A stretch of 64,000 nt of DNA. Origin: Candidatus Adamsella avium (GTDB lineage: Bacteria; Cyanobacteriota; Vampirovibrionia; Gastranaerophilales; CAJFVJ01). Positions 47,705 through 55,685 of the stretch are shown in pieces (position 1 is the stretch's first letter; each line of letters begins with the position of its first letter). The notes beneath the pieces were generated by a model. The model did no database searches. It was not told where the DNA came from and saw nothing but the letters and a program-made list of their open reading frames with translations. A program made the translations under genes and the position numbers. The stretch covers positions 10,973 through 74,972 of the forward strand of contig CAJFVJ010000001.1 of assembly GCA_904420445.1 (NCBI GenBank). Direction: 5' to 3'.

Positions 47705-47770
47705 AAATCCTGTCATTCCGATTTTTTCTTGTCTTCTCGCAGGTTCTCACAATTCCGATTTTTTACGCTT
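47705..47770 (+). repeat. duplicate of the tRNA-Pro(CGG) 3' end plus its 49-bp downstream flank
   Basis: aaatcctgtcattccgattttttcttgtcttctcgcaggttctcacaattccgattttttacgctt matches 47514-47579 with 3 mismatches. Confidence 0.85.
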
Positions 47771-48457
47771 ATTCATATGCTTCCACAATTCAATACGTCT
47801 TAGTTCTTGTTGATATCCTAAATAGTCCCCTACATTAATCTTATCGGCTTGTTCAAAAGTTTCCCTGTGATATTTCGGATTAAAGCCCAAAATTTTCCTG
47901 AAATAATCTATTGCCTCTCTGGCTCCCAAAACAACATTACTCCAGGGGTCTGTTACAACAGCTTCATTTCCCCAGGTTTTCGGGTTTGCTATATCTGCCT
48001 CCCTGCTTAATCCGCTGACAACAAATGAATGATTTCCATAAATCTTATCTTTCTTTGTATAAAAAGTCATACACACATTGTGAGCTTCCTCTCCGTTTTT
48101 CAAAAAAACATCCTGCATAAGAAAAGCCTGTTCTCCGCAATTTGCCGCATTTTCAGATAAAACAGCTCTCTTCAAATCATCAATAAAACTATCCCAAGAG
48201 TCATAATTTCCGCCATATTTCTTGCGGACATTGTCTATTTCTTCATTGTATCTGTCTGCAAGAGATTGGAGATTTTTATTAATTGGCTTAAAAGCCCTAT
48301 CACCGTTATGTCTGATGATAAATGATTTAACCATAGTATTTGAATGAAAATACTGGGGATAATTTTTTCTATACTCTTTCATCATCTTTTCGCCCAAACG
48401 CTTTTGAGCTTTCAAACTTCCGAAAGAAATGTTCGTATCAGAAAGATTTACTGCCAT
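47747..48457 (-). CDS. hypothetical protein with an ISFG N-terminal motif and a possible Cys-His-Asp (papain/transglutaminase-like) triad
   Basis: Start chosen at the ATG at 48457 (GAGAGGA RBS): MAVNLSDTNISFGSLKAQKR. Candidate triad motifs are NCGEQA, 36 aa later GNHSFVV, then VVTDPW. The 3' end lies inside the duplicated segment. Confidence 0.55.
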   Translation of the reverse strand: MAVNLSDTNISFGSLKAQKRLGEKMMKEYRKNYPQYFHSNTMVKSFIIRHNGDRAFKPINKNLQSLADRYNEEIDNVRKKYGGNYDSWDSFIDDLKRAVLSENAANCGEQAFLMQDVFLKNGEEAHNVCMTFYTKKDKIYGNHSFVVSGLSREADIANPKTWGNEAVVTDPWSNVVLGAREAIDYFRKILGFNPKYHRETFEQADKINVGDYLGYQQELRRIELWKHMNKRKKSEL

Positions 48458-48537
48458 CAAAATATCCTCTCTACAGATATAAAACATAACATAAAAAATT
48501 TTTGCTAAAATAAATATGAGAAAATTCGGAGGTAATA

Positions 48538-49011
48538 ATGAAATATATTTCCCGCTGCCAAACACCAATAGGCGAACTTACCATTGTAGAAGAAAATTCA
48601 AAAATCACAAATATTATCTTTGAAAACTCGGGAAAAAACTTCGACAAAAAAAACTGTATTCAAAAAGAAACTCCGCTTCTGCAAAAAACCTGCAGCCAGC
48701 TAGCGGAATATTTTGCAAAAAAAAGAACCTGCTTCTCTATCCCGCTTGCACCAAACGGCACGGAATTTTTGCAAAAAGTCTGGAGAACGCTCGAAACAAT
48801 CCCATATGGTGAAACAAAAAGCTACAAAGAAATTGCAGAACAAATAAACCATCCGAAAGCTTACCGTGCTGTCGGACTGGCAAACAACAAAAATCCTATT
48901 CCGATAATCATTCCCTGCCACAGAGTAATCTCTTCGAACGGAGCGCTCACAGGATATGCAGGCGGACTGGATATCAAATCTTTTCTTCTTGAACTTGAAC
49001 AACAGATATAA
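48538..49011 (+). CDS. ogt: methylated-DNA-protein-cysteine methyltransferase
   Basis: IPYGETKSYKEIA and the IPCHRVI active site. Confidence 0.9.
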   Translation: MKYISRCQTPIGELTIVEENSKITNIIFENSGKNFDKKNCIQKETPLLQKTCSQLAEYFAKKRTCFSIPLAPNGTEFLQKVWRTLETIPYGETKSYKEIAEQINHPKAYRAVGLANNKNPIPIIIPCHRVISSNGALTGYAGGLDIKSFLLELEQQI

Positions 49012-49110
49012 ACAACTCTTGATTATTTTATATTTTGTTAAGGCAAAACAATTTCAAATACAAATTCATGATAAAATTTTTATAAGTAAATCACTTGAAA
49101 GAAATAACTT

Positions 49111-49923
49111 ATGACAGGTTTGAAAATCCTTGACTGTACTCTTCGGGACGGCGGTTATAAAAACAACTGGCAATTCAAGAACAACGAAATCATATCAATA
49201 GCAGGCATGCTGCAAAAATCGGGAATAGAAATTATCGAATGCGGATATCTGAGCGAACTTAGCGGACGACCAAAAGACTCCTCCGTTTTTGATACACTCA
49301 ACACCCCAAACTCTCTGTTCAAAGCCTCGGGCATATCCCCAAAAGCTGAATTTGTCCTGATGATAAACTACGGAGAATATAACCCTGAGAACATCCCTAA
49401 ATATAACGAAGATGACTTTATATCAGGCATAAGAGTCGCCTTCCACAAGAAAGATAAACAACATGCTATTGAGTTTTCTGAACAAATTCAAAAAAAAGGG
49501 TTCAATCTCTATCTTCAACCTATGGTAATCAGCGAATATAACAAAGAAGAACTCGACAACCTTACATATGAAATCCAAAAACTCGACTGCAATACAGTCT
49601 ATATTGTTGACAGCTTAGGTATCCTTGAAGAAGAACAAATTCTATCAATCGGAAACCTCTTCGACAAAAAACTTCCGCAAACAACTCAACTCGGACTTCA
49701 TCTGCATGGAAACGCCATGCCTGTTTTTCAAAAAGCAAAAAGCTTTCTCAACAGAATGAAAACTTCAAGAAACCTGATACTCGACGCCTCTGTCAGAGGA
49801 ATAGGCCGCGGCGAAGGAAATTTGAGAACAGAAGATATTTGCAACTACCTGAATAAGACTTACAACAAAAACTATGATACGGACAAATCTCTGTCTTCAT
49901 TATGCTGTGCGGGATGTGTTTAA
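49111..49923 (+). CDS. HMGL-like (pyruvate carboxyltransferase / aldolase TIM-barrel) domain protein
   Basis: ILDCTLRDGGY opening and HLHGNA near the metal site. Confidence 0.7.
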   Translation: MTGLKILDCTLRDGGYKNNWQFKNNEIISIAGMLQKSGIEIIECGYLSELSGRPKDSSVFDTLNTPNSLFKASGISPKAEFVLMINYGEYNPENIPKYNEDDFISGIRVAFHKKDKQHAIEFSEQIQKKGFNLYLQPMVISEYNKEELDNLTYEIQKLDCNTVYIVDSLGILEEEQILSIGNLFDKKLPQTTQLGLHLHGNAMPVFQKAKSFLNRMKTSRNLILDASVRGIGRGEGNLRTEDICNYLNKTYNKNYDTDKSLSSLCCAGCV

Positions 49924-49924
49924 T

Positions 49925-50896
49925 ATGACCCTATATGACCTTCTTAAAACAAAAAAATGCTTCAAACTTGTATGCGCCGCTGCTAACGAAAACGAAGAAG
50001 AAATAAAAAAACTCATCGCAATCTACTCAAAAGCAGGATGTCATTTTTTTGACCTGTGTGCAAAAAAAGAAATTCTGCAAGCAGCCAAACTGGGGCTTGA
50101 TTATTCAATCCCAAAAGAAGAACAAAATGACTTTCACTTTTGCATAAGCGTCGGAATAAAAGACAATCAGCATATTTCTAAAGCATTTATCGCAAAGGAC
50201 ATCTGCATAAACTGCCAAAAATGTCTTGAAATATGCCCACAACACGCCATAGAACAACATGGCAAAACATGTACGGTAATCTCAAAAAACTGCATCGGAT
50301 GTCAAAAATGTCTTGAAATATGCCCCTCACAAGCAATCTCTATGCATTCTGAAGATACAAACCTTCAAAAAATTCTGCCTGAACTCATCTCCCTTGGCAT
50401 AAGCTGCATAGAACTCCATATCTCAGGCGAAGATGAAGAAGAAATAGACAAAAAATGGAACGAGCTGAATACCTGCTTCAACGGTATTCTGAGCATATGC
50501 CAGAGCCGAAGCGAGATAGGAGATAAAAAAATTATCAAAAGGCTGCAAAGGCTTATATCAAAAAGACCGCCTTTTTCGACAATTGTCCAAACAGACGGAA
50601 AGCCAATGAGCGGAAGTGATGACAGCTACAAAACCACTTTGCAGACAGTTGCATTTGCCGAAATCATACAAAACTCAAAACTTCCTGTTTTCATAATGCT
50701 ATCAGGAGGTACAAACTCAAAAACATCAGAACTGGCGCATCTTTGCGGGGTTAATGCTGATGCGGTTGCAATGGGTTCTTATGCAAGAAAAATTGTCAGA
50801 CCATATCTCGACATGCCTGATTTGCTTGAGAACAAACAAGCATTTGAAGAAGCAGTAAATTTAGCAAAAAAGCTTATAAAAAGTGTATCGGCATAA
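49925..50896 (+). CDS. LdpA-like iron-sulfur protein (two 4Fe-4S motifs)
   Basis: From the ATG at 49925: MTLYDLLKTKKCFKLVCAAAN..., CINCQKCLEICP, CIGCQKCLEICP, and VQTDGKPMSG. This resembles cyanobacterial LdpA as I remember it. Confidence 0.65.
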   Translation: MTLYDLLKTKKCFKLVCAAANENEEEIKKLIAIYSKAGCHFFDLCAKKEILQAAKLGLDYSIPKEEQNDFHFCISVGIKDNQHISKAFIAKDICINCQKCLEICPQHAIEQHGKTCTVISKNCIGCQKCLEICPSQAISMHSEDTNLQKILPELISLGISCIELHISGEDEEEIDKKWNELNTCFNGILSICQSRSEIGDKKIIKRLQRLISKRPPFSTIVQTDGKPMSGSDDSYKTTLQTVAFAEIIQNSKLPVFIMLSGGTNSKTSELAHLCGVNADAVAMGSYARKIVRPYLDMPDLLENKQAFEEAVNLAKKLIKSVSA

Positions 50897-50897
50897 G

Positions 50898-51599
50898 TTA
50901 TGCAATGCTCTTAATCATCAGCATAACACCTAGCTGCTGGTCAACATAATTCGGGTCAAAAACACCGTCGGCAACATATTTACCCGAAGTATATTTATCA
51001 GTCCCCGCCCAGACATACGGAGATGGAAGCCCTTTGTTTCTATAACCGAGCCCGTTATATCTTTCTGCAAATTCAGCCATCGCATCAAGGTCTGTACTAT
51101 CAGCAGTCAGTGTTGAATCACCTCGGTGAGAATTCAGCGCATCAACGGCTGCGCTTTCCCAGTCATAAAACAATTTTCCGGCAGGTACATGCACGGTAGG
51201 AGCTCCAAGAGGATCACCGTTGTGGAGATAAGTATCAAAATTCCCGCTTGATTCTCTCCAGTGAATTGCAGCTATCAGCTCGGGAGGAATGCCTGTTTTT
51301 TGTGCAACAGACTCATATCTTGCCTGATTTTGGGCATAATTTGATTTGAACTGCTCCAGCTCTGATTGTTGTCTTGCCGACATCTTCTCAGTAAAGTTGA
51401 AATTCATATTCCTTGAATTTGTCTGTCCGCCCCAGCCATTTACATTCATGGTCTGTTGAGAAGCTGCCAGAGCTTGTGCCCTGAGCATATCAGACATAAC
51501 TACATCCATATATTTTTCTGTATCTGATTCTTCTTCTGTTGAATAATCGGAATATCCTCCGAACATACCTGAAAATCTTACACTTTCTACATCAGACAT
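50898..51599 (-). CDS. hypothetical protein with a lysozyme-like C-terminal domain (short paralog)
   Basis: 233 aa with no signal peptide. The C-terminal ~165 aa are close to the C-terminus of 51695-53890. Examples: IAAIHWRESSGNFDTYLHNGDPLG, HRGDSTLTADSTDLDAM, ERYNGLGYRN, DQQLGVMLM. Confidence 0.7.
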   Translation of the reverse strand: MSDVESVRFSGMFGGYSDYSTEEESDTEKYMDVVMSDMLRAQALAASQQTMNVNGWGGQTNSRNMNFNFTEKMSARQQSELEQFKSNYAQNQARYESVAQKTGIPPELIAAIHWRESSGNFDTYLHNGDPLGAPTVHVPAGKLFYDWESAAVDALNSHRGDSTLTADSTDLDAMAEFAERYNGLGYRNKGLPSPYVWAGTDKYTSGKYVADGVFDPNYVDQQLGVMLMIKSIA

Positions 51600-51620
51600 A
51601 GCAAAAACCTTCTTTCTTCA

Positions 51621-51655
51621 AAAAACAGCCTTTATGCATGATATCGGCTGTTTTT
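51621..51655 (-). terminator. terminator between the two paralogs
   Basis: aaaaacagcc / ggctgttttt arms, with T-runs on both strands. Confidence 0.55.
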
Positions 51656-51694
51656 GATAAAAATTAAATTTTTTTTGAAAAGCATTAAGATATA

Positions 51695-53890
51695 TTACAT
51701 AATGTGTTTCAACATCAACATAACGCCAAGTTGTTGGTCTACAGCATTCGGGTCATATTGACCGTCTGCCACAAATTTTCCTGATGTATACTGGTCGGTG
51801 CCTGCCCAAACATAAGCTGAAGGAACTCCACGATTTCTATATCCAAGACCGTTATATCTCTCTGCAAAGTCAGCCATCGCATCAAGGTCTGTGCTGTCAG
51901 CAGTCAGTGTTGAATCGCCGCGGTGAGAGCTTATAGCATCAATGGCAGCTTCTTCCCAGTTATCAAAATAGATACCTGCAGGGACATGTGTCGTCGGAGA
52001 ACCGAGAGGATCTCCATTGTGGAGATATGTATCAAAGTTTCCGCTGCCTTCTCTCCAGTGGATTGCAGCTATCAACTCTGCCGGAACTCCCGTTTTTTCT
52101 GCAACAGCTTCATATCTTTCCTTATTCTCTGCCCAGTTTGCTTCAAAAGCAGCCATCTCTGCTTCAGAATATTCGCCTTCTTCAAAATCAAAAGTAGGTC
52201 CTTTTGCTTCCTGGTCTTGTTTTTCATTTATCTTCTGCTCAACTTCAGACAGTTCTTTGACTTTCGTATCAAGCTCACTTTTTGCAGTTGAAAGTGCTTC
52301 TGTTTTTTTCGACTCAAAAGCTTCTTGTTTGTCATTATAAGTCTTTATAGCTGCCTTTGTCTCAGGAGAAGCATTTTTAAGAACTTCTTTTTCCAATTCT
52401 GCTTTCTGTTTATCAAGGTCTGCTTTTTCCTTTTCTAAATCAGATTTGTCTGCTACGAGTTGTTCTTTTTTATCTTGCAATTCTCCCAGTTCAGTTTTCT
52501 TATCAGCAATTTGCGACTCAAGCTCGCTTCTTCTGGCTTCAATTTTAGCTTTTTGTTCATCATCTTCTTCTCCGCTTAATTTCAATGAATTTAATGAACT
52601 TTCAAGAGTCGAAATAGATGACTCTGTTTGAGATATAGAACTTTCTGTCTGCATTGTTTCTGATTCGTTTTCAGAAATAGCCTGATTGTTTTTTTCTATA
52701 TTATTAGTCAGCTCAAGATATTCGTCTTTTGTTTCTTTATTTATTTTGTCATCATTTTTGATGGCTTCTTCCATATCTTCTTTGGCATCTTCCATCGCCT
52801 GTTTTTCAGCTGAAACTTTATCAGATGTACCTGCGCTTATTTCTGACATCTCTGATTGTTTATCTGTTATTTCAGTTTCAAGCTGAGTTTTTTGCTGCTG
52901 TAATTCCTCAAGTGTTTCGGCTTTCGGGAGGTCTGATGTTGAAGCACCTGACACTCCTGATGTGCCGCCGCCATAAGAACCGCCGCCTGCTCCCGATGAA
53001 CCGCCGACTCCGCCGCCGCCTGATACTCCGTTGCTTGGTCTCAAATTTTGTTTTTGTACTTGAGTATCAGATTTGTTTGATTCTTCTTTTGCTTTAGCGG
53101 TTTCTTCTGCCTTAGCTTCTTCTGCTTTAGCTGCCTTATCATTTTCGACTGCTTTTTTCAAATCTTCTATTGATATTGAATCTTTACCGTCTTCATTATT
53201 TTCACTATCAAGTTCAGCTATTGCCTGAAGCTCTTCTTCGCTTACTTTGCCGTCTTCATCAGTATCTATAAGTTTGAAAACATCGTTCATCCCAATGTTT
53301 TCTATTTCTTTCCATAATTCTTCCGATTGTTTTGCAACTTCTTTAAATTCATCTTTAGTAGCATCTTTCAAATCGTCTATCTTCACAGCATCAGGCATAA
53401 TCTCTTCTCCTGATTCAGCAGGTTGAGTATTTTCAACAGGAACATCAGTTGATACATTACCTTCACCATCAGCAGAAGGAGCAGAAGTGCTGCCTGATGC
53501 ATCATCTACTTTCAACCCTAAACCGGCAAAAACTGATTTAAGATTATCAAGAGTTCCGTTTATACCATCTATAATGCCATCCCATGACAACAACTCTTCT
53601 TTTGTCAGAACACCGTCATTATCAGTATCAAGACTCATATATTCCGCTTTGATAGCACTGTCATCTACCATTGAAAATGGATTAATATCCAGCTCTCCGC
53701 CTACTACGGCATCATCTTCGCTGACCAACTCAGTGCTCTCCGTTTGAGATGCTGTACTTGTAGAACTGCCGTCAATAATATAGCCTGAAGTATCTGTTCC
53801 CTCCGAAGAAACATTACCCGTTTTCACACCGGAGCTTTGCTGTGCTTCGACCAATCCTTGATTTTTTAACCGCAATTCTTCAATACTCAT
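51695..53890 (-). CDS. large multidomain protein: EF-hand-type Ca-binding loops, Gly-rich linker, long coiled coil, lysozyme-like C-terminal domain
   Basis: 731 aa with no signal peptide. Contains DTDNDGVLTKEEL and DTDEDGKVSEEEL loops, a GGGGVGGSSGAGGGSYGGG linker, and an E/K-rich heptad-like region. The C-terminal domain is shared with 50898-51599. Confidence 0.75.
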   Translation of the reverse strand: MSIEELRLKNQGLVEAQQSSGVKTGNVSSEGTDTSGYIIDGSSTSTASQTESTELVSEDDAVVGGELDINPFSMVDDSAIKAEYMSLDTDNDGVLTKEELLSWDGIIDGINGTLDNLKSVFAGLGLKVDDASGSTSAPSADGEGNVSTDVPVENTQPAESGEEIMPDAVKIDDLKDATKDEFKEVAKQSEELWKEIENIGMNDVFKLIDTDEDGKVSEEELQAIAELDSENNEDGKDSISIEDLKKAVENDKAAKAEEAKAEETAKAKEESNKSDTQVQKQNLRPSNGVSGGGGVGGSSGAGGGSYGGGTSGVSGASTSDLPKAETLEELQQQKTQLETEITDKQSEMSEISAGTSDKVSAEKQAMEDAKEDMEEAIKNDDKINKETKDEYLELTNNIEKNNQAISENESETMQTESSISQTESSISTLESSLNSLKLSGEEDDEQKAKIEARRSELESQIADKKTELGELQDKKEQLVADKSDLEKEKADLDKQKAELEKEVLKNASPETKAAIKTYNDKQEAFESKKTEALSTAKSELDTKVKELSEVEQKINEKQDQEAKGPTFDFEEGEYSEAEMAAFEANWAENKERYEAVAEKTGVPAELIAAIHWREGSGNFDTYLHNGDPLGSPTTHVPAGIYFDNWEEAAIDAISSHRGDSTLTADSTDLDAMADFAERYNGLGYRNRGVPSAYVWAGTDQYTSGKFVADGQYDPNAVDQQLGVMLMLKHIM

Positions 53891-54073
53891 AATATATAAC
53901 CTTTCAATACTTCATATATATGTAAAAACTTTTTTATCCCTCTGATTTCAATAAAAGAAACATGATTTACAAAAATTTACATAGTAATTATTTCTTGTAA
54001 AATCTCTGCACCGGATGGTTGAATCGTAATAAAATAAAACAGAATTTAAAAGTTTTAATTTATAATTAAAGTT

Positions 54074-54736
54074 ATGAAAAATATCCTGTATAAATTAGTC
54101 GACATAAAAAATGAAAACTCTCTCTCAAATCAAATGAGAAGAAAACGTTTTGAATTTTTCAAAGAGTTTATCTCTGATTTGAAAGGAAAAATCAGAATTC
54201 TTGATATCGGAGGGACTTATCTCTACTGGAAGCAAATGGGGATAGCTGACAACGAAGATTTTGAATTTACTCTGGTAAATTTGAAAAAAGAAGAAAATCT
54301 TCCGAAAAATTTCATCTCACTGGAAGGTGATGCAAGGGACTTATCACAATTTGACGACAACAACTTTGATATAGTTTTCTCAAATTCGACAATCGAACAC
54401 CTCGGGAATTATGACAATCAACACAGAATGGCATCAGAAATAAGGCGCCTTGCAATCAGATACTTCATACAAACACCGAATAAATATTTCCCGATAGAAC
54501 CTCATTTTGTTTTTCCGTTTTTCCAATTTTTACCGCTTGGTTTCAGAACCTTTCTGGTGCAGCATTTTTCGCTTGGGAATTTTGCAAAAATACCTGATAA
54601 GGAAAAAGCAAGACAAACCTGCGAAGAGATATTGCTTCTTTCAAAAAAAGAATTTTCAGATTTGTTTGCAGATGCAGAAATTTTTGAAGAAAAATTTTGC
54701 GGTCTGACAAAATCTTTCATCGCCTACAAAAAATAA
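54074..54736 (+). CDS. class I SAM-dependent methyltransferase
   Basis: ILDIGGT (motif I), then DIVFSNSTIEHL. Confidence 0.75.
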   Translation: MKNILYKLVDIKNENSLSNQMRRKRFEFFKEFISDLKGKIRILDIGGTYLYWKQMGIADNEDFEFTLVNLKKEENLPKNFISLEGDARDLSQFDDNNFDIVFSNSTIEHLGNYDNQHRMASEIRRLAIRYFIQTPNKYFPIEPHFVFPFFQFLPLGFRTFLVQHFSLGNFAKIPDKEKARQTCEEILLLSKKEFSDLFADAEIFEEKFCGLTKSFIAYKK

Positions 54737-54868
54737 CTAATTAACAAATTTTTACAGCATCTTTTCTTACAAACATAAGCTTTTTACTAAGATGAAAAAC
54801 TTTTGCCTGTCAAATTTTGTTGTTCAGATGTTTCCTATTCTGATAGGACTAAAAGAGGATAAGTTAAG

Positions 54869-55630
54869 ATGAAAATCACATCCCCTAACACGGCATCGGT
54901 ACAAATGCCTTCTCAAAAAGATGCCATTAACAACAAAATACCTGCGGTATCACAACAAAACAACGGAAGAATCACAAACTCTTTAAACTATCTTGCAGCT
55001 CTCGGTAAATCAAATATCAACTTCGGCAAACGCCAAATGTTCGAAAGCAGTGACAAAGTAACAGTCACCGCTCTTCCAAACGGAATGAAAAAAGAAGTGG
55101 TTGATAAACAAACCTCAAAAATAACAAAAATAATTAACCCTGAGGGCAAGCTCACAAAAATAATATGGCAAGATGCTAATGGAGCCTCAAAACAAATTGT
55201 AGATATGAATGATGATGGAATGAGGCTGACCACAATCTCTTCGACCTACGGGAAACATGGAATGCTTGAGAATAAAGTTATAAAACATCCTCTTCAGCCC
55301 TGGATTGGCAGTTACAAATTGTTTAGAATACCTGATAGCCCGCATCTTAATAATATGATTTATCTTTTAGGAGGTAAAGAAGAAGATGCTGATGAAGTTA
55401 TTACCATCAAAAATACTTACGACTGCGAAGGAAATAAACTTAAGACAACAAGAAATAAAAAAACACCTGATGGGATAAAAACAACAGTGTATATAAATGA
55501 AAAATATCCTCCTGTTTATTTAGGACGCTCAAAAGAAGAGGCAGAGAAAACATATAAAAACTTTGAAAGCGCCTTAAGACAAAATCAAATTGGCTATACT
55601 TCGCCTGAAATAATATGGGTGAAAAACTGA
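54869..55630 (+). CDS. hypothetical protein with a polar N-terminus and INFG motif, no signal peptide
   Basis: 253 aa with an AGAGGA RBS. N-terminus is MKITSPNTASVQMPSQKDAINNKIPAVSQQNNGRITNSLNYLAALGKSNINFGKRQ. Confidence 0.6.
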   Translation: MKITSPNTASVQMPSQKDAINNKIPAVSQQNNGRITNSLNYLAALGKSNINFGKRQMFESSDKVTVTALPNGMKKEVVDKQTSKITKIINPEGKLTKIIWQDANGASKQIVDMNDDGMRLTTISSTYGKHGMLENKVIKHPLQPWIGSYKLFRIPDSPHLNNMIYLLGGKEEDADEVITIKNTYDCEGNKLKTTRNKKTPDGIKTTVYINEKYPPVYLGRSKEEAEKTYKNFESALRQNQIGYTSPEIIWVKN

Positions 55631-55638
55631 CAGACACA

Positions 55639-55669
55639 AAAAGCCCTTCCAAAAAAGGAAGGGCTTTTT
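55639..55669. terminator. bidirectional terminator between convergent genes
   Basis: aaaagcccttcc / ggaagggctttt perfect 12-bp arms, flanked by A-runs and T-runs. Confidence 0.75.
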
Positions 55670-55685
55670 ACTTTGTTATATCCGG

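Noticed and set aside
48458-48568. N-terminal extension (37 aa) of the 47747 track ORF
   Set aside because: It is hydrophobic low-complexity sequence that overlaps the ogt start region on the other strand. The internal ATG at 48457 has a GAGAGGA RBS.
47514-49011. Integrated genomic island or prophage at tRNA-Pro
   Set aside because: The duplicated tRNA 3' end is present. However, the segment between the repeats is only about 125 bp, and no integrase, excisionase or phage genes follow. I reported it only as an att-like scar.
51923-53747. Multiple plus-strand ORFs (60-122 aa) inside the 731-aa gene
   Set aside because: They are Ser/Leu/Phe-rich antisense shadows of the E/K-rich coiled-coil coding region.
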